A stretch of DNA of 64,000 nucleotides from Spirochaetia bacterium (GCA_965198005.1 CBDAOI010000003.1:640001-704000); one strand, 5' to 3'. Positions 41,722 through 52,299 are shown, numbered from the stretch's first letter. Numbers and translations: made by a program. The notes: generated by a model from the sequence alone, not told the origin.

Positions 41722-42687
41722 TCATTGATAGCGGACTCTAGGATCCAAGAAAGGGTAGATCAGGTCGATCAGGAGATTGAACAGCACCACCGCGGTGCCG
41801 AAAAACAGGTTTACTCCGGAGACCACCGGGTAGTCTCTCTGCTCGAGCGCAAGCACCATGAGACGACCGAGCCCCGGCAGATTGAATATGTTCTCCATGA
41901 TAACGGCGCCACCCACCAGGATCGGCAACTGCAGACCGATCAGCGTGACAACCGGGATGAGGGCATTCTTGATGGCGTGCCGCATGACGACGACCCGCTC
42001 CCTCAGTCCCTTGGACCAGGCGGTCCTGATAAAATCCTGCCGGAGCACCTCCAGCATCATGGTGCGCGTCATCCGCATGGTGGCTGCAGCCGAGGCAGTC
42101 CCCAGAATCAGGCTGGGAATGAGGAGCACCCCCAGGTTCCCCAGCGGGTCTTCGGCGAACGGAACCCACAGCACCGGTGGGGACCAGCCCCACCAGAGTG
42201 CCGGGAACAGCATGACCATGAGTCCCAGCCAGAAGTTCGGCGTAGCCAGGCCGACGATGGCGATGGAGCGCCCCAGGTAGTCGGCGGCCGTATCCTGTCG
42301 AATCGCCGAGTAGATGCCGACGGGGAGGGCGATCAACAGCCCGATTACGATTGCCATGACACCAAGCTGAATGGTCAACGGCAATCTGCCTACTATCCTC
42401 TCCTCCACCGTCCAACCGCCAAGCAGTGATTCGCCAAGAGTGCCGTGCAGTAACATATTTCCTATCCAGCGTCCATACTGCACGTAGACAGGCACGTCTA
42501 ATCCCAGCATACGCTCAAGAGCTTCACGGTCAATCTCCGCGCCCCCGGCACCTAGCAGTATCATCTCAGAAACCATTCTGTCTATTATATCGCCGGGGAT
42601 GAAGCGGATCGAGAGAAATACGAGGACGGTCAATATGAACAGGGTGGGGATTATCAGCATTAACCGCCTGATGATATAGGCTCTCAT
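41722..42687 (-). CDS. OppB/DppB-like permease, cassette 2
   Basis: Same motifs as 16614-17618. Confidence 0.93.
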   Translation of the reverse strand: MRAYIIRRLMLIIPTLFILTVLVFLSIRFIPGDIIDRMVSEMILLGAGGAEIDREALERMLGLDVPVYVQYGRWIGNMLLHGTLGESLLGGWTVEERIVGRLPLTIQLGVMAIVIGLLIALPVGIYSAIRQDTAADYLGRSIAIVGLATPNFWLGLMVMLFPALWWGWSPPVLWVPFAEDPLGNLGVLLIPSLILGTASAAATMRMTRTMMLEVLRQDFIRTAWSKGLRERVVVMRHAIKNALIPVVTLIGLQLPILVGGAVIMENIFNLPGLGRLMVLALEQRDYPVVSGVNLFFGTAVVLFNLLIDLIYPFLDPRVRYQ

Positions 42688-42702
42688 GTCACACCCCTCC
42701 TT

Positions 42703-42985
42703 GTCATTGCGAGCCCCGATTTATCGGGGCGCGGCACTCTCTTAAGGTGCGAATGACCCCTGCCAAGAAACTCGCCTCTCACCGTTTTTGGGGAGTCCAG
42801 AGGGGTGAAACCCCTTTGAAACGGGGGTTCAAGGGGGTGTCCCCCTTGATTCCGCCGAAAGGCGGAATCAAGAGTAATTTCAAATGGTTGCGTTTTCCGG
42901 ATTCCAGGTCTCCGCCCGGAATGACAAATTGACCTCTCATTATTCAACGAGTATGGAAAAATTGGGGGGCTTGAGCCCCCCAGTT
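42703..42985. repeat. Cluster of REP-like palindromes and hairpins
   Basis: GCCCCGATTTATCGGGGC, GAGGGGTGAAACCCCT, GATTCCGCCGAAAGGCGGAATC (42848-42869), GGATTCC...GGAATGAC (42899-42925), TGGGGGGCTTGAGCCCCCCA. Confidence 0.65.
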
Positions 42986-43027
42986 CCCTTAGACGTTTCA
43001 GTTATCCCCGAGAGTAACCAGCAAATA

Positions 43028-44839
43028 CTAATGACCCATTGCCTCCTTCAGCTCACTATCAATCCAGAGGCGGGCGAAAAGTGGAATACTGTCCCCGGTT
43101 GGGTCATTTTCACCGTCATAACCTATGATCCACGGCTGGGACACATTAAAACTTGGAACTCTCGGACCCGCGAACCACCAGTGATTCTCTATGAGGTACA
43201 TATTTGCCTCGTTGACCAGCCTCTTCTGCTCCTCAATGGTGGTAGCGGCTTCGGCGGCTTCATACATGGCGTCATAAACCGTGTCGTTGACGTTGGGGGG
43301 GTTCCATCCTGAGGCCGAGTAAGCTCCCGTTAACGGCAGAAGCGCGGGCTGATAGTCGGCGTTTGAAACTTGAGTAACCAGACCTTGCTGCTTATGCTCT
43401 CGCACAAGAGCCGTATAAGCAGTTCCGTCAACTACCTGCACCTCTACAGCAATGCCAATGGCACGCAAGTATTCGATGACTATCTGGTAATAGTCTAAAT
43501 CGAATGGCCCGTAGTGGTCATAGACGGTGCGGAATCTTACGCCGTCCGCGCCGCGAGGTAATCCAGCCTCATCAAGCAACGCTTCTGCCCCTTCCGGGTC
43601 ATAGGTATAGTATCTCTTGAGCTCTTCGGGCCAGTCTTCAAATGGGGTGAAATACCCGATAAGACCTGTCCCTATCTGCCCTGCAGGCGTCGTATCTGCC
43701 CAACCGTGGAAGTAGGTATCGTTAATTGTCTCAAGGTCGACTGCCATCTGTATTGCGCGGCGCACCGTGACGTCGTTCCAGGGTGGCATCTGCACGTTAA
43801 AAGTCATAGCCGTATCCGCACGAAATGAAAATGGCCACAGGTTCAGTTCGGGGTTGGTCCGCTGGAGGCTTACCGCCGTATCGATGCTCCTTATTATTGT
43901 GCCGCCCGCCCGACCGATGTAATCAGCCTTACCTGTACGCATTAACGCCAGATTTGTCGCTTGTTCCGTCGATATCAGGGACCTTATCTCGTCAACATAG
44001 GGCAGGCGGTTCTCGGGGTACTTTTCGTCGTAGCCCCAGTAGTCAGGATTCTTGGTATAGGTGAGGGAACTGCCCTCGACATGGTCAGTCAGCTCAAAGG
44101 GCCCGGTGCCGACCACGTTCCTCCAATCCGTAACGTCGCCGTATTGCTCGACTACCTCGCGGGCCATTATCCATCCGAGACTTCCAAGGAGGATTTCCTT
44201 CAGCGCTTCGAGGCGTATCGACTTCAGCTTAAAGACAACCGTCCATTTGTCGGTGGCCGTTATCGATTCAACATTCATCTTTTCGAGGGGATGAGCGGCA
44301 GCGGCAACATCAAAGCTAGGTTCGGCTTCACTGAAGTCGCCCAGGCCCAATATACGCTGAAAGCTATATTCTATATCCTCGGCAGTTAGCTCCCGACCGT
44401 TCACGGGTGGCTTGTTGTGCCAGTGAACGTCCTGGCGGATGTTGAAGGTATAGGTGAGGCCGTCCGGGGAAATATCCCAGCTTTCAGCCAGCCTCCCTGT
44501 TACGGCAGACAGAGGGACGAAACCTGTCAAAAAGTCAAATACGTCCCTATCTAATGCCCAGTTCCAGTAGCCTAGCTTCTCATTAACACCCGAGATAGTG
44601 TTTGTCGCGGTGTACGAGAAATAGGGGTCAATATTCTTACCGATGTTAGACTGGACTTGGGTGAATGTCCCGCCGTACTCCGGCGCGGTCACCACCTTGC
44701 CGTTGGTGGGGTCGGTCACATACTTCTTGTCGGCGGCGGCTGCCGAGCCCTCCTCTGCGCCACCCGCCCAGAGGCCGGTTGCGGTCAACACGAGGACCAA
44801 CGCAACCGCGAAGGTCATTCTAATTCTTACAATATTCAT
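43028..44839 (-). CDS. Family 5 ABC substrate-binding protein, cassette 2
   Basis: Signal peptide ...TGLWAGG; LAESWDISPDGLTYTF, GTGPF. Confidence 0.93.
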   Translation of the reverse strand: MNIVRIRMTFAVALVLVLTATGLWAGGAEEGSAAAADKKYVTDPTNGKVVTAPEYGGTFTQVQSNIGKNIDPYFSYTATNTISGVNEKLGYWNWALDRDVFDFLTGFVPLSAVTGRLAESWDISPDGLTYTFNIRQDVHWHNKPPVNGRELTAEDIEYSFQRILGLGDFSEAEPSFDVAAAAHPLEKMNVESITATDKWTVVFKLKSIRLEALKEILLGSLGWIMAREVVEQYGDVTDWRNVVGTGPFELTDHVEGSSLTYTKNPDYWGYDEKYPENRLPYVDEIRSLISTEQATNLALMRTGKADYIGRAGGTIIRSIDTAVSLQRTNPELNLWPFSFRADTAMTFNVQMPPWNDVTVRRAIQMAVDLETINDTYFHGWADTTPAGQIGTGLIGYFTPFEDWPEELKRYYTYDPEGAEALLDEAGLPRGADGVRFRTVYDHYGPFDLDYYQIVIEYLRAIGIAVEVQVVDGTAYTALVREHKQQGLVTQVSNADYQPALLPLTGAYSASGWNPPNVNDTVYDAMYEAAEAATTIEEQKRLVNEANMYLIENHWWFAGPRVPSFNVSQPWIIGYDGENDPTGDSIPLFARLWIDSELKEAMGH

Positions 44840-44861
44840 ACGTATCTCCGTATGTAGATGT

Positions 44862-45051
44862 TTCGAGAGTATTGCGTAGCGGATTGCCGCTCCCTGGCTA
44901 CTCTAACGCCCGCAACCGCGGGCGCGCCCGCAAACGCGGACGGCCAGTCAGAGTCAAATTCCTGAAAGCGCGCGGCGTGTGACTCAGCGGGTTCACCCCG
45001 GGCTCACGCCGCGCGCGCGTGCGGTTCTTTCAGTATCATCTTCACCTCCTT
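44862..45051 (-). promoter_or_regulatory. Type-1 SBP leader: SD + micro-ORF MILKEPHARAA (45039-45004) + hairpins
   Basis: AAGGAGGT SD; stem 44968-44979/45005-45016; AGAGTA...TACTCTCGAAA before the RBS. Confidence 0.65.
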
Positions 45052-45414
45052 CTCGGGGCACAGGGTGCCGTGCCAGATGGCTGACGTAAGATGGGATCCG
45101 CGTGCGCGCCCCATCATGCAAACGCCCACCGCTCGGCGGAGGTCGGGACCTGCGTCACAACGCCACGCGGGGCGGTGGTCGGCCGAGCAACGCATGTGGT
45201 TGACCGGCGACGTGGGCGGTCGGTTCTGTGACGGTGAGTTGGGGGGCGGGGATCCAGGACCGCTGCGGTCGCAGCCGGCCGCTACCCCGGTGCTGAAGGC
45301 GACGGCGTGCGCGGGGGCACGTACGGGGCGATCAGCCGGAGCGGTTAGTTGTTTCTCGGTTCGAAAAAGTGTGTGTGTGTGTGTGGGGGGGGGGGGGTAG
45401 GAAGCATCGGTTGC

Positions 45415-46100
45415 GTCACCACCAACCGGTCACTGCGCTGACTGTCGTCGTGGCGCATCATCCTCATCCGTTCGATCCCCGAACTCCCTATCGTTTCACG
45501 GTCGCCCAATGATATCAAGCGCGGACTCCGGCGCTTCCGGCCGCCCGCCAGCGTCGCCGCCACCGGACACCGCCAACCCGTCACTGCGCTGCCTGTCGTC
45601 ATGGCGCTTCATCACCGATCCGTCGAACCCCAGGCGAGGCACGTTAGCATAGGGGCCGCGCGCCGTCAACGACTCGTCGGGGTCACCGAAGGTCACCGCC
45701 AACCGGTCACCGCGCTGACTGTCATCATGGCGTTTCATCACCGATCCGTTGAATCGTGAGCTCGAAGTATGGGGCCCAGCGCAAGAAACGTCAACAGCGA
45801 TTCTGGCCTCGTGCACCTTACCTCGCCCGGCTGTGCAAACGGTTGATGTTGCGCGCGTCACCAACCGGTCACTGCGCTCACTGTCGCCATCGCGCCTCAT
45901 GACCATCCGTTCGATCCCAAAACTCCCTATCGTCACAGGCTCGCCTGACCATGTCAAGCGCGGACTCCGGCCGTTCCGGCCGCCCGTCAGCGTCGCCGCC
46001 ACCGGAGGTTGTGACGTTGCGGGCACCGCCAACCGTCCACTGCGCTGACTGTCATCATGGCGCTTCATCATCGATCCGTCGAACCGCAGCCGAGGCAAGC
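45415..46100. repeat. Array of five degenerate ~55-bp direct repeats
   Basis: Core CCAACCGGTCACTGCGCTGACTGTC.TCATGGCGCTTCATCA..GATCCGT starts at 45422, 45573, 45699, 45861 and 46029. Confidence 0.8.
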
Positions 46101-46196
46101 TTGCTACTGGGCTGGGTCATGTCGTCACCCATACACATGCGAGCATAGACCAGCGCGAGAGGCGTGGCAAGCGCTTTGGGCAGCGTGGGCAGCGTG

Positions 46197-46366
46197 CACC
46201 GCTTCTCGGTGAACGGCTGGTAGAGGGGCAGAGTGTCATAAGCTCAAGCCCTCCGAATGTGAAATGCGACCATACCCACCTGTTGGCCCACCGAGTGAAT
46301 GCACGGCCCAATACTATAACTTATTGTAGGTGATGTAGTTAGCACCGTCAAGCAGCCCGGTGCGAT
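46197..46366. mobile_element. Third copy of the transposon end sequence
   Basis: TTCTCGGTGAACGGCTGGTAGAGGGGCAGAGTGTCATAAGCTCAAGCCCTCC... matches 14658-14851; the outer IR bases have diverged. Confidence 0.8.
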
Positions 46367-46524
46367 GGGGTGCATTCCGTCTGTGTGGTAGCGCACGGGA
46401 CCGACAAGAGCGGTGTCACCGAGATCGAGCATGGCGGCCAGCGCGGCCAGGGAACCGCCAACTCCGCCGGCGATGGGCGTTGACACCGAAGAAGCCGCGC
46501 GGATATGTTCGCCATCGGGTCGTC

Positions 46525-47559
46525 ATGGCTGACGAGCGGGCAGCACAGCAACCGGACGGTGGCGCATCGGAGACGGCGGTCAGCCAGCCGCACGACAAGT
46601 ACTTCCAGCGCGTGTTCTCGAACGCGAAGGACGCGGCCAGTCTGCTGCGCACCTGTGTGCCGGGCGCGCTCGCCGACACCTTGAAGTGGTCGACGCTGAG
46701 CCTGCTGCGGGGTCGCTTCGTGGATGACGACTGGCGGCGCAACGAGACCGATATGCTGTATTCGGTGGAGCGGGAGGGTACGGAGCCGGCGGTGCTGGTG
46801 TACGTACTGCTGGAGCATCAGTCGACGCCGGACCCGTGGCTGCGGCTGCGGTTGCTCGGCTACTGCGTACAGGTGTGGCAGGAGTGGCGGCGGAAGCACC
46901 GGAACGAGGAACGATTGCCGCTGCTGGTGCCGCTGGTATTCTACCAGGGAGCGCGACGGTGGGAGTATACGCGGGAATTTGCGGACTTGGTAACGGAGGC
47001 GGCGCCGGAGTGGCGGTGGGTGCCGAGGTTCGAGCATCTGCTGATCGACCAGACGGAGAAGAGCGCGGAATCGGTGACGGGCGCGGTAGCGGCGCGGCTG
47101 TTGCAGATCGCGATGATGGCGGCGTTTCGGGAAGCGCCGGGGAAGTTGCTGGAACGGGCGACGCGGTTGATCGGGGAATTGTACCGCGCAGCGGGGTTTG
47201 AGGAAGTGACGCAGCACGTGGAGTACGTGCTGGCGACGCAGCCGGAAGCACAGCGGAAGCTGTTTGCGGAGGCGTTGCAGAGGAACGTGCCGGGCCGCGG
47301 AGGAGAGGTGATGAATTACGTGGAAGAAATGATCGAGCGAGGGCGCCGGGAAGGGCGTCAGGAAGGGCGCCGGGAAGGCCGCCAGGAAGGGCGCCGGGAA
47401 GGCCGCCGGGAAGGGCAGGTGCGAGCCATCGAGGGGTTCGTGGCACGAGATATATCGTGGTCCACCATCGAAGAGGCCACGGGCATCGACGAGGCCACAT
47501 ACCGGCGCCTCAGGCAGCGAATCGACGCGGAAGACAACGGGGCAGATTCCACCGTCTGA
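46525..47559 (+). CDS. Rpn/YhgA family PD-(D/E)XK nuclease (putative transposase_31)
   Basis: PHDKYFQRVFS, TDMLYSV, YVLLEHQSTPD, LVPLVFYQG, C-terminal GRREG/GRQEG repeats. Confidence 0.92.
   Translation: MADERAAQQPDGGASETAVSQPHDKYFQRVFSNAKDAASLLRTCVPGALADTLKWSTLSLLRGRFVDDDWRRNETDMLYSVEREGTEPAVLVYVLLEHQSTPDPWLRLRLLGYCVQVWQEWRRKHRNEERLPLLVPLVFYQGARRWEYTREFADLVTEAAPEWRWVPRFEHLLIDQTEKSAESVTGAVAARLLQIAMMAAFREAPGKLLERATRLIGELYRAAGFEEVTQHVEYVLATQPEAQRKLFAEALQRNVPGRGGEVMNYVEEMIERGRREGRQEGRREGRQEGRREGRREGQVRAIEGFVARDISWSTIEEATGIDEATYRRLRQRIDAEDNGADSTV
47311..47559 (+). CDS. Putative intragenic small Rpn antitoxin (in-frame internal start, 82 aa)
   Basis: GGAGGAGAGGTG immediately before the in-frame ATG of MNYVEEMIERGRREG. 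Confidence 0.6.
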   Translation: MNYVEEMIERGRREGRQEGRREGRQEGRREGRREGQVRAIEGFVARDISWSTIEEATGIDEATYRRLRQRIDAEDNGADSTV

Positions 47560-47619
47560 GGCCGCTGCAGCAACCTGCACGGCCGCCTGCGCGCCGCTCG
47601 CGGTCCGCAGTAACCGTAA

Positions 47620-47745
47620 AGCGCACGTCCGCGCCTCGGCTGCTTGAAGCCCGCCGCGGGCACAGCCGCAACGACTATCCGGTGCGCCCGATGTGGAACT
47701 CGCTCATCGCCGCCTTCGTCTTCCAGCATCCCAGCGTCGCGGCTC
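47620..47745 (+). pseudogene. Transposase N-terminal fragment (IS5/IS1182-like)
   Basis: LEARRGHSRNDYPVRPMWNSLIAAFVFQHPS. Confidence 0.55.
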
Positions 47746-47830
47746 GGTGATCATGGAGAGCATCTTCAGCATACCGGGGCTCGGTCGCCTGATGCTCGAC
47801 GCCCTCACCGACCGCGACTACCCGGTGGTC
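47746..47830 (+). pseudogene. OppB-like internal fragment
   Basis: Encodes VIMESIFSIPGLGRLMLDALTDRDYPVV. Confidence 0.75.
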
Positions 47831-48085
47831 TTGGCCGTCTGCTGCGCCGTGTCCTGCACCAGTTGACTCAGCAGAACCCCATTCAGGCTCTGGCGCACCT
47901 CCCGGTTCGGATAGCCCAGCCGGTACAGCGCCATGCCCCCCAGCTCCTCCTCCCCCGTAATCGTCAGGTAGCCGGTCTGGAACAGCAGCGCCTCGGTACC
48001 GATCTTGCCTACGTCGAACGTCGACAGCAGCTCCGCCGTGCCCACCATCCGGTCCAGCCCCACCGACGCGGCGTGGAGAATGTCC
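47831..48085 (-). pseudogene. AAA-ATPase/PD-(D/E)XK family internal fragment
   Basis: LLSTFDV..I..EALLFQTGYLTI...YRLGYPNREVRQSL signature. Confidence 0.7.
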
Positions 48086-48371
48086 CAGATTATGGTGTCT
48101 GAACTGAAATCCTGCTCATGTGGCCACAAGATGGCATGGTGGGCAGGGCGAACCGAACGAGCATAGGACTCATCCTCGAGTTCGTTGACGCGGCAGCGAC
48201 TAGGACATGGTGAGTGACGTCGCGTTGTTCGAGTGCGGACGCCGGGGATTCGGCCTCCGACCTTCGCTACGATGATGCACAGACCCTGCGATGCCAGACT
48301 CGGCCTGCGGTGCCCGTTGATGCGCCGACACCACAATGCCAGGCGCTGCTTCGAGCTGACCGGCCAGGTCA

Positions 48372-49050
48372 CGGCCAGCCAGGTTCGTCTCTTTGGCTCA
48401 CTTGCTGGTGGTGGTATCCCTGTGGCGTCACTCATACTCGTGATTTTCCCCCTTTATCTATAACGGACCCTGGGGTCCAAATAAGGATAGATCAGGTCGA
48501 TCATTAGATTGGCCCCCATAACCGCGGCGCCGAAAACCAGGTTTACTCCGGAGACCACCGGGTAGTCTCTGTCATCGAGGGCAGTCACCATGAGACGACG
48601 TCATCCGCATTGTGGCTGCGGACATGGCTGTCCCCAGAATCAGGCTGGGAATGATATCAAGAGCCCGATGATGATTGCTATGAAACCAAGCTCGATGGTT
48701 ACCGGCAATCCATCTATTATCCTCTCCTCTATCGTAAAAGCGCCCATCAGTGATTCGCCGAGGGTGCCCTGGAGGAGACCTCTAAAGTGGGACTCACCGG
48801 TAACCCAGTCAGGGGTCGGCAACACTCCTATCCAGCGTCCATACTGCACGTGGACAGGCACGTCCAATCCCAGCATATGCTCAAGAGCTTCACGGTCAAC
48901 CCCCCCCACGCTTGGGAGTATAGCCGTTGAGGTAGAAATCACCGTTAAACCCTATGACCCACGGCTGGGTTCCGCCAAATTGGGGAACTTTAGGACCCCA
49001 TATGTACCAATGCTGCTCTATGATGTACATATCTGCCTCTGCAACCAGCA
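48372..49050 (-). pseudogene. Collapsed remnant of a further SBP-OppB-OppC cassette (multiple deletions)
   Basis: In cassette order: SBP C-terminal piece (48900-49050), three OppB pieces (48455-48900), OppC start MSDATGIPPPASEPKRR (48435-48375). Confidence 0.8.
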
Positions 49051-49753
49051 TGCCGGCGCTGAATTGCGGGTCGCCGAGCTTGCCCATGAGGTTCCTCTCG
49101 AACATCGCACGCGTTACGGGGCTGCCGTCGCGGTCCATGTACTCCCGGAAGGCGGACACGATCCGCCGGGGATCGCACCGCTCATCGGCGATTCCGGTTG
49201 CCACGTCGAACAGATCCCGTGCCTTCTTGCGCTGGTACAGTGCTCTGAGCTTCGTCGCCATCAGCTCGTCGAGTTCAAACGTCTTGATATGGGCTACTCC
49301 GGAATACCACCGTGATTGCACCGAGAACGACCTCTTGGCAAAGCCGAAAACCGTAAAACGCTCGCGGGTATTGATCTCGATCTTGAGACGCAGACGCATT
49401 GGGGCGACGTCCTCCGACATGAAGCGGTACCGGAACGTCACGCGACCTCGCGACTGCTTCCACTGCGCTTCCCCAAGCCAGGGATCGAGGACGCTCCGCA
49501 TGGCATCCATAACCGGCCCGGCAGCTTCGGGCACGACCTGAATCAGATCGATTTCCTCAGAGTAGCGTGCGGGCGGCGTAAGGTAGAGCTTGTAGAGTGC
49601 TGTCCCGCCCCGAAAGGCCAGTGCCTCGGCCAGAACAGAGTTGGAGAACATTTCGACCAGGGCACGGCTGATGATCAGGTCCTGCTCCACCTGGAAATCC
49701 TCGATCCACGGTGCCCGCGTCCGCCATTCGGTGATGTAATCTCGAGGGATCAC
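49051..49753 (-). pseudogene. AbiEii-type nucleotidyltransferase toxin, 3'-truncated and fused in frame to an SBP fragment
   Basis: GTG at 49753; QVEQDLIISRAL, LAFRGGTALYK, RYSEEIDL, KIEIN, TKLRALYQRKKARDLFD. Confidence 0.85.
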
Positions 49754-50235
49754 GCGTCTGTCTGGATTTCTGCGTTGACGTACAACCGCCAATCGCTGGA
49801 TCGCTGCGCACCGATGGCATCTGCGGCTGGCACGAGCTTCGTGTAGTTTCGCACCGTTCTTCGCACGTGCTCCTTGAGGAGCGCGGTCTTGTCTCCCGCT
49901 CCGACATGCTCGAGAAGGTAGCCCAAACGCTGAGCCCAACGGATCGACGCCGATTTCGATGCCTCGACGAGGCGGTGCGGGTCCAGAGCCTCACCGAGCT
50001 CGGCAAGAAGGCTGGCCACCTGATCCACCCCGCCGGAGCGATGCATGTACCCGACAAGGTCCACCGCTGTCCCTTCGACCGTCGAAACCCGAACGGTTCC
50101 CCGCGGATTGTTGAAACCTTGGACCGGCACTGCACGCATGTTCCGGCGCGCAACGAAGGTGACCTTGACGGAACCACACGCGATCGCCGGCCGGTTCCGC
50201 TCCAGGACGACCTGGAACTCTTGCGGACGATGATG
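49750..50235 (-). pseudogene. AbiEi-type antitoxin, 5'-truncated
   Basis: HHRPQEFQV...VRVSTVEGTAVDLVGY...AQRLGYLLE; its stop overlaps the AbiEii start. Confidence 0.78.
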
Positions 50236-50465
50236 GTCCGCCGAAAGGTGGCTTGGCATACACCACCCACTCTTTGCTGCGCAGTTGATCAGCTAGCGAT
50301 CCGAAGCGACCCGGATCGATCCGCAAGGTCAGAGAGGGCGCCGTGGAATTGGAGACGATCGGCAACGAAGCTTTTCGTGAGTGCCGCGAGCAGCCCGGCA
50401 CGGAACCATTAGCCGTGGCCAGGTTACGGATGACGTCGGCCACCTCGAAGGGCGGCTGGTGCACC
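50236..50465 (-). pseudogene. IS91-family (Y2) transposase remnants
   Basis: FEVADVIR (N-terminus) and LRSKEWVVYAKPPFGGP, with most of the gene deleted; directly downstream of an integrase. Confidence 0.7.
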
Positions 50466-50470
50466 GTCGC

Positions 50471-50830
50471 TCAGCGCAGCGGTGGCAACGACTCTAGTGG
50501 GCTCTCCACCCCCGCGATGAGCTTGTGCGTCACGTGGGTGTAGATCACGGTGCTCTTGATTGAGGCGTGTCCGAGCAGCGCCTGGACGGTGCGCAGATCG
50601 GTGCCAGCTTCCAGCAGATGGGTAGCGAAACAGTGGCGCATGGTATGCGGGGTCACCCGCTTGCCCACGACGGGGCGCACTGCGGTGATGGCGTGTGCCA
50701 CCCCCTCCACACTGACGTGTCGGTCGGGGAATTGCGGGCTGGGAAACAGCCAAGAGTGGGGCCGATAACGTCTGAAGTGGTAGCGCAAGTGTTGCAGCAG
50801 GACCGGCGACAAGCTGCATGTAGAGACGGT
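50471..50830 (-). pseudogene. Tyrosine recombinase C-terminal fragment
   Basis: [42 protein letters not shown]. Confidence 0.85.
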
Positions 50831-50834
50831 CGCA

Positions 50835-51050
50835 TAGGAGCACAGAAGCTGCGCTGTCGGCTTTCGAATGGCGATCGAAGTGGAGGATATGGATGAGGCT
50901 GTGGAATATCTCACCGGCAAGGGAATAGAAGTAAACAGAGCGCACAAGGCTAATCCAGCCAGGTGGATCAAAGACCCGGACGGCAATATGCTCGTCTTGT
51001 TTCCCTCGATCGTGTATGAGAATTATAAGAGATTAGACAAATCGAATTAG
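50835..51050 (+). pseudogene. VOC/glyoxalase family C-terminal fragment
   Basis: [17 protein letters not shown]...[11 protein letters not shown]. Confidence 0.6.
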
Positions 51051-51079
51051 AGCGCGACCCGGTTTGGGTTACCCGAGCG

Positions 51080-51520
51080 TCAGAGCAGCTGGAGCCACCC
51101 GGCGTCCAGCTCCTCGAAGCGACGGTGGAGCTCATCGACGACCTCGGCCGCGAGGGACAGGCCGTTTTCGACCACCTCGATGTTCGACCGCAGGTGCGAC
51201 AGGTTGTTGGTGCCGACCAGCGCCGCGTCCACCTCCAGATGGGCGAGGACGAAGCCCAACGACAACGCAATGGGGTCGTCGGGGGCCCCCCCCCGAGACC
51301 GGCCCGGCCCGCTCCATCGCCTGCACCCGCTCGACATAGGGGCCCAGGTTGGCGTACACGGCGCGGTCTTTTCCCCACATCCCGTTGGCCAGCGGCCGCT
51401 TGATGATAACCCCTATGTTTCTGGCCCTGGCCTCGGCGAACAGGCCGTGACGGGCGCGCTGGTCCACCAGGTTGAAGGTTGTCTGGAGCGTGTCGAAGAC
51501 GCCGCTTTCGACCGCCCAAC
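51080..51520 (-). pseudogene. Aldo/keto reductase C-terminal fragment, frameshifted at a homopolymer
   Basis: FNLVDQRAR...GVIIKRPLANG and ALVGTNNLSHLRSN in different frames across the C-run at about 51286-51294. Confidence 0.7.
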
Positions 51521-51554
51521 GGGCAGCCTCGTTGTCCCCACTGAAGCCCAGGAA

Positions 51555-52189
51555 CCTTCGACCGCGACGAGGTCCAGGCGTTGCTCGAGGCCCCCGCCAC
51601 CCACACGGTCACCGGCCTGCGGGATCGCGCCATGCTGTGCCTGGCCTACAATGCCGGCCTGCGCGTCTCGGAACTGGTCGGCCTGGCCCTGGACGACCTC
51701 CAGGCACCGGGACTCGACCGCATCCGGATCCTGGGCAAGGGCCGCCGCGGGCGCGCCCTGCCGCTGTGGAAGCAAACCCGCGGCGCGCTGCGCACCTGGC
51801 TCGGTGTCCGGCCGGACTGCCCCGACCGGCATCTGTTCCTGAACGCCTTCGGAACCGGCCTGACGCGACGCGGCTTCGCCAAGAGACTCGCCTTGCACGC
51901 CAAGGCCGCGGCACGCGCAGTACCTTCGATCGCGGGCAAGGCCATCACGCCACACGCCCTGCGCCACGCCTGCGCACTTCATACCCTCGAGGCTACCGGC
52001 GACATCCGGCAGGTTGCTCTTTGGCTCGGCCATGCCAGCCTGCGATCGACCGAACTGTACCTGCGGGTCGATCCAGCCAACAAGCTCGACATCCTGGCAG
52101 CGCAGCGGCCGCCGAACCTCCGCAAGGGCTCCTTCAAAGGCGCCCATGACGAGTTGCTCGCTCTGCTTGGAGACGTCGCAGTGCCCTAG
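51555..52189 (+). pseudogene. Tyrosine recombinase (RIT third-gene-like), 5'-truncated
   Basis: RDRAML.LAYNAGLRVSEL, GKGRR.R, TPHALRHAC, ALWLGHAS..STELY. Confidence 0.82.
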
Positions 52190-52299
52190 CGTTATGGGAA
52201 CCTGCTCAGCCCCTAACCGCTTGCCACGCAACGGCTCATGGCGCCCAGGTTCCCATATTGGCGGGGGGCCCATGATGGCTGAAGGCCGGGGTATCGGAA

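Noticed and set aside
45369-45397. Phase-variable (GT)n/poly-G switch
   Set aside because: It lies outside any ORF or recognisable promoter, and the tract length may be a sequencing artefact. Noted only as context for the array.
45415-46100. CRISPR array
   Set aside because: Repeats are long and degenerate, spacers are about 70-110 bp and partly duplicated, and no cas genes are in the window.
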